Positions 1 to 9,500 of a stretch of DNA of 64,000 nucleotides are shown piece after piece (position 1 is the stretch's first letter; each line of letters begins with the position of its first letter). The notes under the pieces were generated by a model. The model ran no database searches. It had not been told where the DNA came from and saw only the letters and a program-made list of their open reading frames with translations. This DNA comes from Alphaproteobacteria bacterium. GTDB taxonomy: Bacteria > Pseudomonadota > Alphaproteobacteria > Rs-D84. Location: positions 24,819-88,818 of the forward strand of contig JAFXVM010000006.1 of NCBI GenBank assembly GCA_017524525.1. Reading direction: 5' to 3'. Both the position numbers and the translations under genes were made by a program.

Positions 1-1321
1 ATTTTTTGGCTTCTAATCTTTGTTGTGCTAACTGTTGAATTTCAACTGGCGCAACAACAGATTCCAATTCGTGTAATTTTGTCGCCCGTTCCATAAATTG
101 TAAACCCAACAATTTATCAACAAATTCAAACAAAGCCAATTTAGTCGCATTATTCACAGTTTTATCTTTTAATAAATCTTGAACAGCCACCAAACTTTCT
201 GCGGTTTTAAGGTTGTCTGAAACCGGTGCTAAAATTTTATCGTGCCATTTTTGATATGCATCTTCGTCAACATTACCTGATTTGTCGTTCATTAAATCAG
301 CAATTTTGCGAACAATGTTTTTATAGCCATTTGCAGCCGCATCTAGTGCATCAAAAGAAAATGCCATTTGAGACTGAAAGTGTCCCAACAACACCCAATA
401 ACGATAAATTATAGGATCTATGTTGCGTTCTCGAAGTGCGTTCATACCCAAAAATTCTCCCTTGGATTTAGCCATTTTTTCACCACTTTTATCCAGCAAA
501 AATCCAAAATGCACCCAATAATGAACCCATGGTTTTCCAACAATTGGTTCGCTTTGTGCTATTTCATTCGTATGATGAACACGTGACAAATCTTCGCCCC
601 CAGTATGAACATCAAAATGTTCACCTAATAATTTCATGCTCATAACACAGCATTCTGTATGCCATCCTGGGAAACCGACACCCCATGGACTATCCCATTC
701 CATTTGACGTTTAACATCTGTCGGGGAATATTTCCACAAAGCAAAATCAGTTGGATTCTTTTTTGCAGTATTATATTCAACGCGCGCACCAGCCCTTTGC
801 CCAGACAAAGAACCGCCAGTTAATGCACCATAATCAGCAAATTTGGATGTGTCATAATAAATACCATCGCCAGGAATTTCGTATGTATAGCCCAACTTTT
901 CTAACTTTTGAATTAATTCGATTTGTTCGTTTATATAATCGGTCGCACGTGGCATATCTGTTGGTCGCATATTGTTCAAAGCATCCATATCGCGCAAAAA
1001 TTCATCCAAATAATATTGCGCTATATCCCATACAGATTTATTATCGCGCGCGGCACCCTTTTCCATTTTGTCTTCGCCCGAATCATCTTCTTCGTTTGTT
1101 AAATGCCCCACATCAGTTATATTCATAACATGGCGAACTTCAAAGCCATTTGCTAAAAACATACGTTTCAAAATATCATTATGAACCATAGTTTTAAGAT
1201 TTCCTAAATGAGCATAATGATACACCGTTGGACCGCAAGAATAAAAGCCAACATGATTTGGTGTGATTGGCTTAAAATCTTCAATTTTACGCGTCATTGT
1301 ATTGTATAATCTGATTTGCAT
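1..1321 (-). CDS. cysS: cysteinyl-tRNA synthetase, C-terminally truncated by window edge
   Basis: Reverse translation from ATG at 1321 gives MQIRLYNTMTRKIEDFKP...YSCGPTVYHYAHLGN (HIGH-type motif) and KMAKSKGE (KMSKS-type motif). The ORF track shows no long plus-strand ORF here. The stop lies beyond position 1. Confidence 0.85.
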   Translation of the reverse strand, partial: MQIRLYNTMTRKIEDFKPITPNHVGFYSCGPTVYHYAHLGNLKTMVHNDILKRMFLANGFEVRHVMNITDVGHLTNEEDDSGEDKMEKGAARDNKSVWDIAQYYLDEFLRDMDALNNMRPTDMPRATDYINEQIELIQKLEKLGYTYEIPGDGIYYDTSKFADYGALTGGSLSGQRAGARVEYNTAKKNPTDFALWKYSPTDVKRQMEWDSPWGVGFPGWHTECCVMSMKLLGEHFDVHTGGEDLSRVHHTNEIAQSEPIVGKPWVHYWVHFGFLLDKSGEKMAKSKGEFLGMNALRERNIDPIIYRYWVLLGHFQSQMAFSFDALDAAANGYKNIVRKIADLMNDKSGNVDEDAYQKWHDKILAPVSDNLKTAESLVAVQDLLKDKTVNNATKLALFEFVDKLLGLQFMERATKLHELESVVAPVEIQQLAQQRLEAKK

Positions 1322-1480
1322 AACAACTTTCCTTTGGTTTGTATTGATGATATTAATAAATTAAAGAAAACAATGCAAACAATATGTTTGCAATCAAAAC
1401 ATTTTTAACAACAACAGTAAAAATTAATAAATAAAACTGTCATATTTTGACTATGACAGTTTTTATACAACAAATCAATA

Positions 1481-1511
1481 AAAAAAAACTGGCGTTTTGC
1501 CAGTTTTTTTT
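1481..1511. terminator. bidirectional rho-independent terminator
   Basis: A-run, stem CTGGC/GCCAG with loop GTTTT, then a T-run. It sits between convergent/adjacent cysS and the 1515..2312 gene. Confidence 0.6.
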
Positions 1512-1514
1512 ATC

Positions 1515-2312
1515 CTAGCGTGCACTACGCGCTTGTCGCACCTCTTGCATAAATTCCGGAACAGCGGAAAATCGATTAAAACCTTCTGTGACTGCAATTT
1601 TATGTGCCACCAAAACCAATTCGTCTTCGGTTAATTCATACAATTTTTTGGTTGCATCGATACCAGTAGCTTTTCTTATCTCATTAGCGTATGCCTTTGG
1701 ATCGTTTTCGTGCGCAGGTGCAAATCTCTTCATCGCTTCAAATATTGTTAAATTTTTATAACTGTCGCCCTTTAACAAAGCTATTAATGCGTCTATACCC
1801 GCTTTGGCAGACGGGAATATTGCAAACCCGCGTGATCCTTTGCCAATTGCACCATGATCTTTGGCAAATTCACCATATTTAAGCGCACCTGGATTATTTT
1901 GTCTGTTTGGAATATTTCCTTTGAGCACCACAACGCTGTCGCCAGGATAATAATATGTGACAGTTTTACCTTTGCGAGTAAATTTAACCCCAAAATCAGC
2001 ACCGGTTAATGTTTTTTCTTCAATATTTGCCTTTTTTTGAGTGTTTGTTGCAATACTGTCGTTAATTGTATCGTTATTATGCAAAACATAAGTATTATTT
2101 TGTGCTACCCCGTTATAGTTCACAGCATATGGATATGTTATTCTTGTATCCACCATTACTGTTTTTGCTTTTTGTTTTGCATCTTCTTTTGATTGGTGTT
2201 TTTCTTCCGCAGCCTGTAAACTGAGAGACCCTACCACCAATGTGGCAAGTGCTACTTTTACTTGATACGGCAAATCAATAATATATTTATATACTTTGTT
2301 ATATATTTTCAT
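1515..2312 (-). CDS. secreted hypothetical protein (N-terminal signal peptide)
   Basis: 265-aa ORF. Hydrophobic N-terminus LATLVVGSLSLQAAEE. I recognise no family from the sequence. Confidence 0.5.
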   Translation of the reverse strand: MKIYNKVYKYIIDLPYQVKVALATLVVGSLSLQAAEEKHQSKEDAKQKAKTVMVDTRITYPYAVNYNGVAQNNTYVLHNNDTINDSIATNTQKKANIEEKTLTGADFGVKFTRKGKTVTYYYPGDSVVVLKGNIPNRQNNPGALKYGEFAKDHGAIGKGSRGFAIFPSAKAGIDALIALLKGDSYKNLTIFEAMKRFAPAHENDPKAYANEIRKATGIDATKKLYELTEDELVLVAHKIAVTEGFNRFSAVPEFMQEVRQARSAR

Positions 2313-2598
2313 TTGGTTCTCCTTTGGTTGCTTTTACGGACAAATGCGTCAAACAGACACCATAAAACCCGCATTTATATTCATTTTTTGGGATTGGTTC
2401 ATCGCAATAGACAAGAAAAATTTGCGATGTACATTCAGACATTTAAATAACTTTTAAACGCCCCGACTTGCCTTCTTTTTTGGCAGCCCGCCCTGCTCTC
2501 AGGGAACCAAGTTAATACGAATATAGTAAAGAAACACCGTTTTGTCAATAGTTTTTTGTGTTTTCTGTGTATTTTTATTAAAAATGTAAAAAACAATC

Positions 2599-2627
2599 TT
2601 GCTTTTTGCAAAGGGTTTATATATAAT
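2599..2627 (+). promoter_or_regulatory. sigma70-like promoter for tRNA-Ser
   Basis: TTGCTT (2599-2604), 17-nt spacer, TATAAT (2622-2627), about 11 nt upstream of the tRNA 5' end. Confidence 0.45.
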
Positions 2628-2638
2628 AGCACCCAGCA

Positions 2639-2727
2639 GGAGCGTTGGCAGAGTGGTAATGCAGCGGATTGCTAATCCGTGACCGTGTTTTAGCGGTCCA
2701 TAGGTTCGAGTCCTATACGCTCCGCCA
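2639..2727 (+). tRNA. tRNA-Ser (anticodon GCU)
   Basis: Cloverleaf by hand: acceptor GGAGCGT/ACGCTCC, anticodon loop TTGCTAA, long variable arm GACCG..CGGTC, T-loop TTCGAGT, encoded CCA. Confidence 0.9.
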
Positions 2728-2991
2728 GAAAAATTAAACCGTCACAAGACGGTTTTATTTTTATCTATGCGGACGTTAAGGACGAAGAACCGGTCAAAGT
2801 TGCGCCAGCAACGAAAGGTTCGACAATGAGTTGGTGTTTGCAAACACGGTGCAGCAAACACCTTACGAATGCCGCACAGCCAAACATTTATGTTTGTGCG
2901 AGCGAGTCCTATACGCTCCGCCAGAAAAATTAAACCGTCACAAGACGGTTTTATTTTTATGTATGCGGATGTTAAGGACGAAGAACCGGTC
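2708..2991. repeat. direct duplication of tRNA-Ser 3' end plus downstream terminator (~88-bp unit, period ~196 bp)
   Basis: gagtcctatacgctccgccagaaaaattaaaccgtcacaagacggttttatttttat...aaggacgaagaaccggtc at 2708-2795 recurs at 2904-2991 with 3 mismatches. The spacer carries a GGTTCGACAA T-loop-like motif and a 14-nt perfect palindrome GTGTTTGCAAACAC. Confidence 0.8.
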
Positions 2992-3021
2992 GGCACCAAG
3001 TCTTATACACCACTAATTTTT

Positions 3022-3046
3022 AAAACCGCCAATTCGGCGGTTTTAT
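3022..3046. terminator. rho-independent terminator (hairpin CCGCCAATTCGGCGG + T-run)
   Basis: aaaaccgccaattcggcggttttattttt immediately downstream of the accDA stop. The A/T flanks are symmetric, so it is bidirectional. Confidence 0.6.
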
Positions 3047-3048
3047 TT

Positions 3049-4800
3049 TTAGACTTGCTTTTCTTCGGGCGTATGATCTGGTTGGAAAATTTCAACATCT
3101 CGGGTCATAGATAAAAATTTCTTTACCCGATTTGGCACCAATTCTTCAATTGGAATTTCTTGCAATTCTTTGATTGCGTCTGCCACCGTTTTACCAACCA
3201 TTTCCATTGTAGTTTGCCAATCTTTGTGCGCCCCGCCCGCTGGTTCGTCAATGATTTTATCAATTACATTTAATGACGCCATATCACGCGCGGTTAATTT
3301 AAGTGCAGTTGCTGCCTGGGCTTTGAATTTGTTATCTTTCCACAAAATACTTGCGCAAGATTCTGGTGCAATCACAGAATAAATAGCGTTTTCAAGCATA
3401 AACACTTTATCACCCGTACCAATTGCTATGGCACCCCCAGAGCCACCTTCGCCAACATTAACTGCAACATAAGGGGTCTTGACCTTTAACCCAGCGGCGA
3501 TTGTCGACGCAACCGCTTGTGATTGACCGCGTTCTTCGGCGGCACCCCCAGCAAATGCGCCAGCAGTATCAAACAAAGAAATCAAAGCCAAATCAAATTT
3601 TTCAGCCAATTTCATTAACCGCTGAACCTTGCGATAACCCTCTGGGTTTGCCATACCAAATCTGTGTTGTTGACGGGTTTCAATTGTTCTGCCCTTTTCT
3701 TGACCAATAACAACAGCTGGTATGCCATACCAATAACCAATACCGCCACACATTGCCGCATCTTCGCCAAAACATCTATCGCCTGCAAGATACGTCCATT
3801 TATCAACAATTCCATTCACATAATCCAAGAAATGCGGTCTGTTTTCATTACGCGCCAAAAGCACCCTGTCGTATTCTGGGGTTTTGCCCATATCACGAGA
3901 TTTTTTCGGCATGTCAAATTTTGGTGTTTTAACATCTATGACCTTTGGTTCGTTTGGTTGTTTAGTAAGCACAGTTAAAACGCGTTCCAAAACTTCTTTT
4001 AAACCAGAACGTTCAACAACTATGTCAACCATACCATGTTCATACAAATAGTCTGCATTTTGGAAATTAGACGGTAATTTTTCATGAATATTTTGTTCAA
4101 TTACACGACGACCAGCAAAACCAATACGTGCGCCCTTTTCCGCAATATGAACATCACCCAACATTGCAAAAGAAGCAGTGACCCCACCAAAAGTTGGGTC
4201 TGTTAATATCACGATATATGGCAATTTATTTTCGTGTAATTTGTTAACCGCCACAGTTGTACGCGCCATTTGCATTAACGACAAAATATTTTCTTGCATA
4301 CGAGCGCCACCACTGCATGTCACCATAACAAAAGGATTTTTTAATTCGATTGCATGTTCAATACTTGCAATAATCGCATCCCCAGCAGCGCGTCCCATAG
4401 ACCCCATCATAAAATCACCGTTCATAACACATACAGTTGAATTTATGCCACCTATTTTTCCGTCTGCTGTGGTAATAGCATCGCGTGTTCCCGCGTCTTC
4501 ACGAGCCTCAGCCAATCTTTCTTTGTACGGAACACGGTCTGTAAAATTAAGTGGATCATCTGTTGCAACTGGCAAATCTATTTTTTGCCAATCTATGTCA
4601 TCAAACAACAAATCAAATCTTTGTTTTGGATTCATTATAAAAGCACGTCCACAACGCGGACAAACATAATGATTGTTTTTATAATCTTTGTAAAACACAA
4701 GACGACCGCACGCTTCGCACTTTATCCACATCAACCTGCGCACACGATCATATTTTTCACGATTATGATTTTTTATTCCAACAGACATTTGATTATCCAT
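3049..4800 (-). CDS. accDA: acetyl-CoA carboxylase carboxyltransferase, fused beta (AccD, N-terminal, Zn-ribbon CxxC..CxxC) and alpha (AccA, C-terminal) subunits
   Basis: 583-aa single ORF. The N-terminus has CEACGRLVFYKDYKNNHYVCPRCG, the Zn finger of AccD. The rest aligns to carboxyltransferase beta and then alpha (GGARMQE..., ...GGSGGAIAIG). Confidence 0.85.
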   Translation of the reverse strand: MDNQMSVGIKNHNREKYDRVRRLMWIKCEACGRLVFYKDYKNNHYVCPRCGRAFIMNPKQRFDLLFDDIDWQKIDLPVATDDPLNFTDRVPYKERLAEAREDAGTRDAITTADGKIGGINSTVCVMNGDFMMGSMGRAAGDAIIASIEHAIELKNPFVMVTCSGGARMQENILSLMQMARTTVAVNKLHENKLPYIVILTDPTFGGVTASFAMLGDVHIAEKGARIGFAGRRVIEQNIHEKLPSNFQNADYLYEHGMVDIVVERSGLKEVLERVLTVLTKQPNEPKVIDVKTPKFDMPKKSRDMGKTPEYDRVLLARNENRPHFLDYVNGIVDKWTYLAGDRCFGEDAAMCGGIGYWYGIPAVVIGQEKGRTIETRQQHRFGMANPEGYRKVQRLMKLAEKFDLALISLFDTAGAFAGGAAEERGQSQAVASTIAAGLKVKTPYVAVNVGEGGSGGAIAIGTGDKVFMLENAIYSVIAPESCASILWKDNKFKAQAATALKLTARDMASLNVIDKIIDEPAGGAHKDWQTTMEMVGKTVADAIKELQEIPIEELVPNRVKKFLSMTRDVEIFQPDHTPEEKQV

Positions 4801-5071
4801 TCATTTTTTTTGTTAAATCACGACTAGGTTTAAATAATATAGTTCTTCCTGCTGGCAACACCATAGTTTCACCCGTGGTTGGATTGTATCCGTTTTTGGC
4901 AGAACGAATTCTGGGTTGAAAACTGCCAAAACCACGAATTTCAATTCTGTTATCTTTTGCCACAGAAGATATCATTTCTTCGACAACTGTATCAAGAATA
5001 GCCTTCGCATCCTTGGTGCGCATGTGTTTAAATTGCACTTGGATGGTTCTAATTATATCTGAACGTTTCAT
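4793..5071 (-). CDS. ihfB: integration host factor beta / HU-family DNA-binding protein
   Basis: MKRSDIIRTI...RIEIRGFGSF...GRNP-like arm (NGYNPTTGE). The ATG at 5071 is preferred over the ORF-track start at 5107. It overlaps the accDA start by 8 nt. Confidence 0.8.
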   Translation of the reverse strand: MKRSDIIRTIQVQFKHMRTKDAKAILDTVVEEMISSVAKDNRIEIRGFGSFQPRIRSAKNGYNPTTGETMVLPAGRTILFKPSRDLTKKMNG

Positions 5072-5227
5072 CAATAACACCCTTTTGTTTTTTATATTAT
5101 ACAACATGATAGCATATTTTACAAAAAATAAAGTAAAATTTATTTTTTAACAAAAAAATTAAGAAAAACATCTTATGCAAAACCCGCGGATTTATTGGTA
5201 TTTTATGTAATATCAAAAGGAGTTTTT

Positions 5228-5962
5228 ATGCATGATAATATGTTGAACGAATACCACCTTTTTCCGCTTATTGGTGATACAGCACCAAAATTCACAGCAA
5301 AAACTACAAATGGTTTTATAAAATTTCCAGATGATTTTTCTGGCCGGTGGATTATTTTGTTTTCTCACCCTATGGATTTTACGCCTGTTTGTACAACAGA
5401 ATTTTTATCTTTTCAATCAAGATTCCAAGATTTTCAAAAATTAAATACAGATATAATTGGGCTTTCTGTTGGTGCGATATTTTCACATTTGGCATGGTTT
5501 CGTTCGATATATAACGATGTAAAATTCAAAGATTTTAAAAACACAGAAATTACTTTTCCTGTGATTGCAGATATAGATTTAAAAATTTCAAAATTATATG
5601 GCATGATTCATCCAAATTCATCCGACACATCAACAGTGCGCGCAGTTTTTATAATTGACCCGCACGGTATAATCAGGACTATTTTATATTATCCGCAAAA
5701 TGTCGGGCGAAACATCAAAGAAATACTAAGAATATTAACTGCATTGCAAGTTAGTGATACTTTTGGTGTATCTGTTCCTGCAGATTGGACACCTGGCGCA
5801 CCTGTTATTGAACCTGCGCCACAAACAACAAAAGATATGCATAAATGTATTGCCGCAAAAGCAAAAGGCAAAAATAATGAATCTTGGTATTTAACTTTTC
5901 ATGAATTACCAGAATCAAAAATTTACGAAAAATTAACAAAGACAAAAAAGCCAAAACGTTAA
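5228..5962 (+). CDS. peroxiredoxin (AhpC/TSA family, likely 1-Cys/Prx6-type)
   Basis: FTPVCTTE peroxidatic-Cys motif. An RBS AAAAGGAG lies 6 nt upstream of the ATG at 5228. The ORF-track start at 5195 has no RBS. Confidence 0.8.
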   Translation: MHDNMLNEYHLFPLIGDTAPKFTAKTTNGFIKFPDDFSGRWIILFSHPMDFTPVCTTEFLSFQSRFQDFQKLNTDIIGLSVGAIFSHLAWFRSIYNDVKFKDFKNTEITFPVIADIDLKISKLYGMIHPNSSDTSTVRAVFIIDPHGIIRTILYYPQNVGRNIKEILRILTALQVSDTFGVSVPADWTPGAPVIEPAPQTTKDMHKCIAAKAKGKNNESWYLTFHELPESKIYEKLTKTKKPKR

Positions 5963-6306
5963 AATTTTATAGGCGCATCGCGTAAGTTTATCGGCGCAGA
6001 TTCGTTTTCTGGATGCCAACGATATTTTTCTACATCAATGTTTCCGTCTGGTTTGAACCCAACGCCTTCGGCGGTTAATAAATCACGTTGAACCCGTTCC
6101 CATTGACCATCCCAGGTTTTCCCATCTGCAAAAGTGACACGATGCCACGGCAATGAATCCGTTTCACACGAAGCGTTCATCGCATACCCCACAAACCGCG
6201 CGGCACGCGGATGCCCCAACATTTTTGCAATATCGCCATAGGTTGTGACCTTTCCCGCGGGAATCCTTGCAACCAAATCATAAACTTGTTCATAAAAACC
6301 TTTCAT
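5959..6306 (-). CDS. alkyltransferase-like protein (ATL; MGMT DNA-binding fold with Trp replacing the active-site Cys)
   Basis: The motif PWHRV appears in place of the PCHRV of O6-alkylguanine-DNA alkyltransferases. It has the Ogt/Ada C-terminal helix-turn-helix (TYGDIA...) and is 115 aa. Confidence 0.7.
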   Translation of the reverse strand: MKGFYEQVYDLVARIPAGKVTTYGDIAKMLGHPRAARFVGYAMNASCETDSLPWHRVTFADGKTWDGQWERVQRDLLTAEGVGFKPDGNIDVEKYRWHPENESAPINLRDAPIKF

Positions 6307-6369
6307 GGTGGATATTGTAATTTAAATCGCACAAAAATCAAATAGGAATATAAAATCAAAGTGTTAATC

Positions 6370-6460
6370 TGGCGGAGATGGAGGGGTTCGAACCCCCGAT
6401 ACGGTTGCCCGTATACGCGATTTCGAGTCGCGCGCATTCAACCAGCTCTGCCACATCTCC
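6370..6460 (-). tRNA. tRNA-Ser (anticodon CGA)
   Basis: Reverse complement folds: acceptor GGAGATG/CATCTCC, anticodon stem-loop CGCGA-CTCGAAA-TCGCG, long variable arm, T-loop TTCGAAC, CCA encoded. Confidence 0.85.
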
Positions 6461-6590
6461 GAAACGCATGTTCATTATATATTTTCGGTTTATAAAATGC
6501 AATTATTTAATTTTTTTATTTTTATGCAAAAAAACTCTGGACATACTTATGTAATTTTTTCTAAGATAAAGATATATATAAAGGGAAAGG

Positions 6591-9500
6591 ATGGAAAAAA
6601 CACGGTTTTTTGCATGTTTTGTGCGTATGTTTAACGCGATGTGTTTCGCGATTTGTGCTGTGTTGTTTTCTTCAAACGCTTATTCAACTTGTGCAACTGG
6701 TTATCATGAACAGACCAATCCTTTAGATTCTACTATCTATAATAAAAAAATGGTTGGTTTTATGTATAGAGACCCAACTACAGAAACAGATTTTGTTTCC
6801 TATGGAACTAACTACCATACAACTAACTATGCTACTGGTATATGGGTATCAGCAATGAAAAATCCTGGTTCTCAACTTATGGAAGACACTTTTGTTGGTG
6901 GTCATGCATTCTGCGCAGCAACAGGTAGCGAAAATGATTATCATAAATCCAGGACAACTTTCGCGACATCAAACAACATTACAACAACAGAACCCGGCTC
7001 TTATTGTTGGTGTCAACTTTATGCATTATATGTATACAACTGGCAATATTTTTCTGGAACATGGGTGGCTCTTAACAACCTGGGAAGTCATGACAATTGT
7101 GCAAATAATACCTGTGCACAGGAATGCGCAAATGAAATGCATAACAACCCATCGTTCCGTCAGGCTATTTATTCTGTGCCATATTGTGTTGCTGATGATA
7201 CACCACATATATATCCTATAAACTATTATAATGTCGCGCACGCTACGTGGAATTTAAACCAAAATCACCCATATGGTTACACCACTGGGCAAGAAATAAC
7301 TTTAGGAATTCCATCTCGACAAAATTATGATTTTGTTGCTTGGTGCGATAATGCAGAATTAACAGAAAACTGTATGTTTACAAAGACTATACCTGCAGAT
7401 TCTGTCGGGACAAAATCTTTTTATGCAAAATGGGATTTTGCAAATTCTGATTGCCAAGATGGCTATAAACATGTTTGCTTGATAAACTTTGATGTATTAA
7501 ACCAAAACAGATTAGGATATGCATATAAGCCGATTGATGGTTCTGAAGTTCAAACTGAAGGTGACAAAACAACAGAAACATACAATTTGACCCAACCTGG
7601 TGAATGGGGTGTTTCTTTTGAACACGGGGACTTGAAGGGCATATCTAAGTGTGCTACTACCGCATCTACTTCTGATGGGAACGGTCATCTTTGTTGGTGC
7701 AAAACAACAGATTTTATACCTTCCGACACAGAAGACACGACGTGTCATTCAGAGACAGGACTTTGGACATATTCTGATGATCTCGTGAACGATAATCATT
7801 GTTCTAAATACTGCCCGCTAAGCTGTGTTAAAAAAAATCCTGTCACAGATAACTTATTCGGTAGGAACTCTTATTTTTGGGAATATTTTGCGAACGAAAA
7901 TCTTTCTGAGTGTGTGATTGATAAATATAAAATAAATTATGTATTGAACGGTGGCCTTTTCCCTAATGAACGACTTTCGTATATATATTTGAATCGTGTA
8001 AATGATGTATCTGCACCAACAACATACCAAATCACAGATACTGTTCTTATACCGCGCCCAGCACGAGAAAATTTTGTCTTTGGCGGATGGTACACAGAAC
8101 CAGATTTTTCTGGAGAACCTATTTTTGATGGTTTTGGCCCAGGAGAATTTGGCAACATAACACTTTATGCGAAATGGATAGAAAAAACTTGTTCCGAACA
8201 TTACACTTTGTCTTATCCTGCAAACATTGAAGGCCATTATATCTACAGCGGCAACACATGGGAAGTAACCTTTCCTTTTGGTGTCGTATCAGGAACAGGT
8301 TATACATCACAGTGGAACAAAAACAGATGTGTCTGCAAAGCAACAAGCTTTACACCAAAGAATGGAACAACACAAGATATTGTGTTTGCACCGGAAGGCG
8401 CTGCTGGTAGAACCAAAAATTGTGCCTATTATTGTTCGTACGATATTGCACATGATATTTATACCAGAACACCTACGTTTGCAGGAACGGTGCTTCAAGA
8501 CCCTGTTTGCTTACCGATTGAATATACAATCCATTTCGAATCAAATGGTGGAACAAGTTATAGTGATAGACACTACAACGTTGAATCTGATAATATAACT
8601 CTACCAGAACCTGCGCGCAGAGGATATCACTTTGATGGCTGGTATGAAAACGAGGACTTGTCAGGCACAAGCGTCACAACAGTTTCTTCAGGAACACCGG
8701 GCAACAAAACATTTTATGCCAAATGGAGTTTTGTTGGTTGTCCTGCAGGATATGTCGCACAAGATACAGATTCTGGCAAAATCTGTCAACCAATTACCTA
8801 TACGATACATTTTGTATCTAATAGTGTACTAAATTTTGATGATATACCATACACCATCGAATCAGAAGACATAGAATTGCCTACTGATATTTCGGAACAA
8901 AACGGACTGCCATTTGTTGGCTGGTATGAAGACGACAGTTTTTCAGAACCAGCCATTACACTTGTCCCCAAAGGTTCAACTGGCGATAAAATTTTCTATG
9001 CAAGATGGTTACAAAACACGTGTAGCACAGTTAATACAACCGCTAATAATTTGATTAGTTTGGTGGATGTAGAAACCCGCGGTATATCCACGTACAATTT
9101 TAACCACGGAGATTGGTTTGTTATCTTTGATTACGGCAAATTGCAAGGTAGAGGGATATGCAGCAATATGACAGGGGACATCGGCACAAAAGCAGATACT
9201 GTTACAGAATCAGAAAACGGTTCTAATTGTTGGTGTAATATAACTAAATTCACCCCCGCAAACGGTATAATAAAAGAAGCAACTTCTCCGTGGTTTTCCG
9301 TTGGTAGCCAGTCTGATTGTTCAAAAACCTGTGCTACAATATGTGGTGCATATACTTTTAAAAATCATAATAATTTTTATACTGTTGTAAAACCTGCGTA
9401 TTATTTAACCAATGTTTGTAATGCGCCAGTGTATACTATACATTATAATTCTAATTACGGGACAGAATACGAAGATCAACAATACACAGCTATTTACGAC

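Noticed and set aside
3170-4669. Plus-strand ORFs (70-163 aa) opposite accDA
   Set aside because: Antisense to a strongly supported conserved gene; no independent support.
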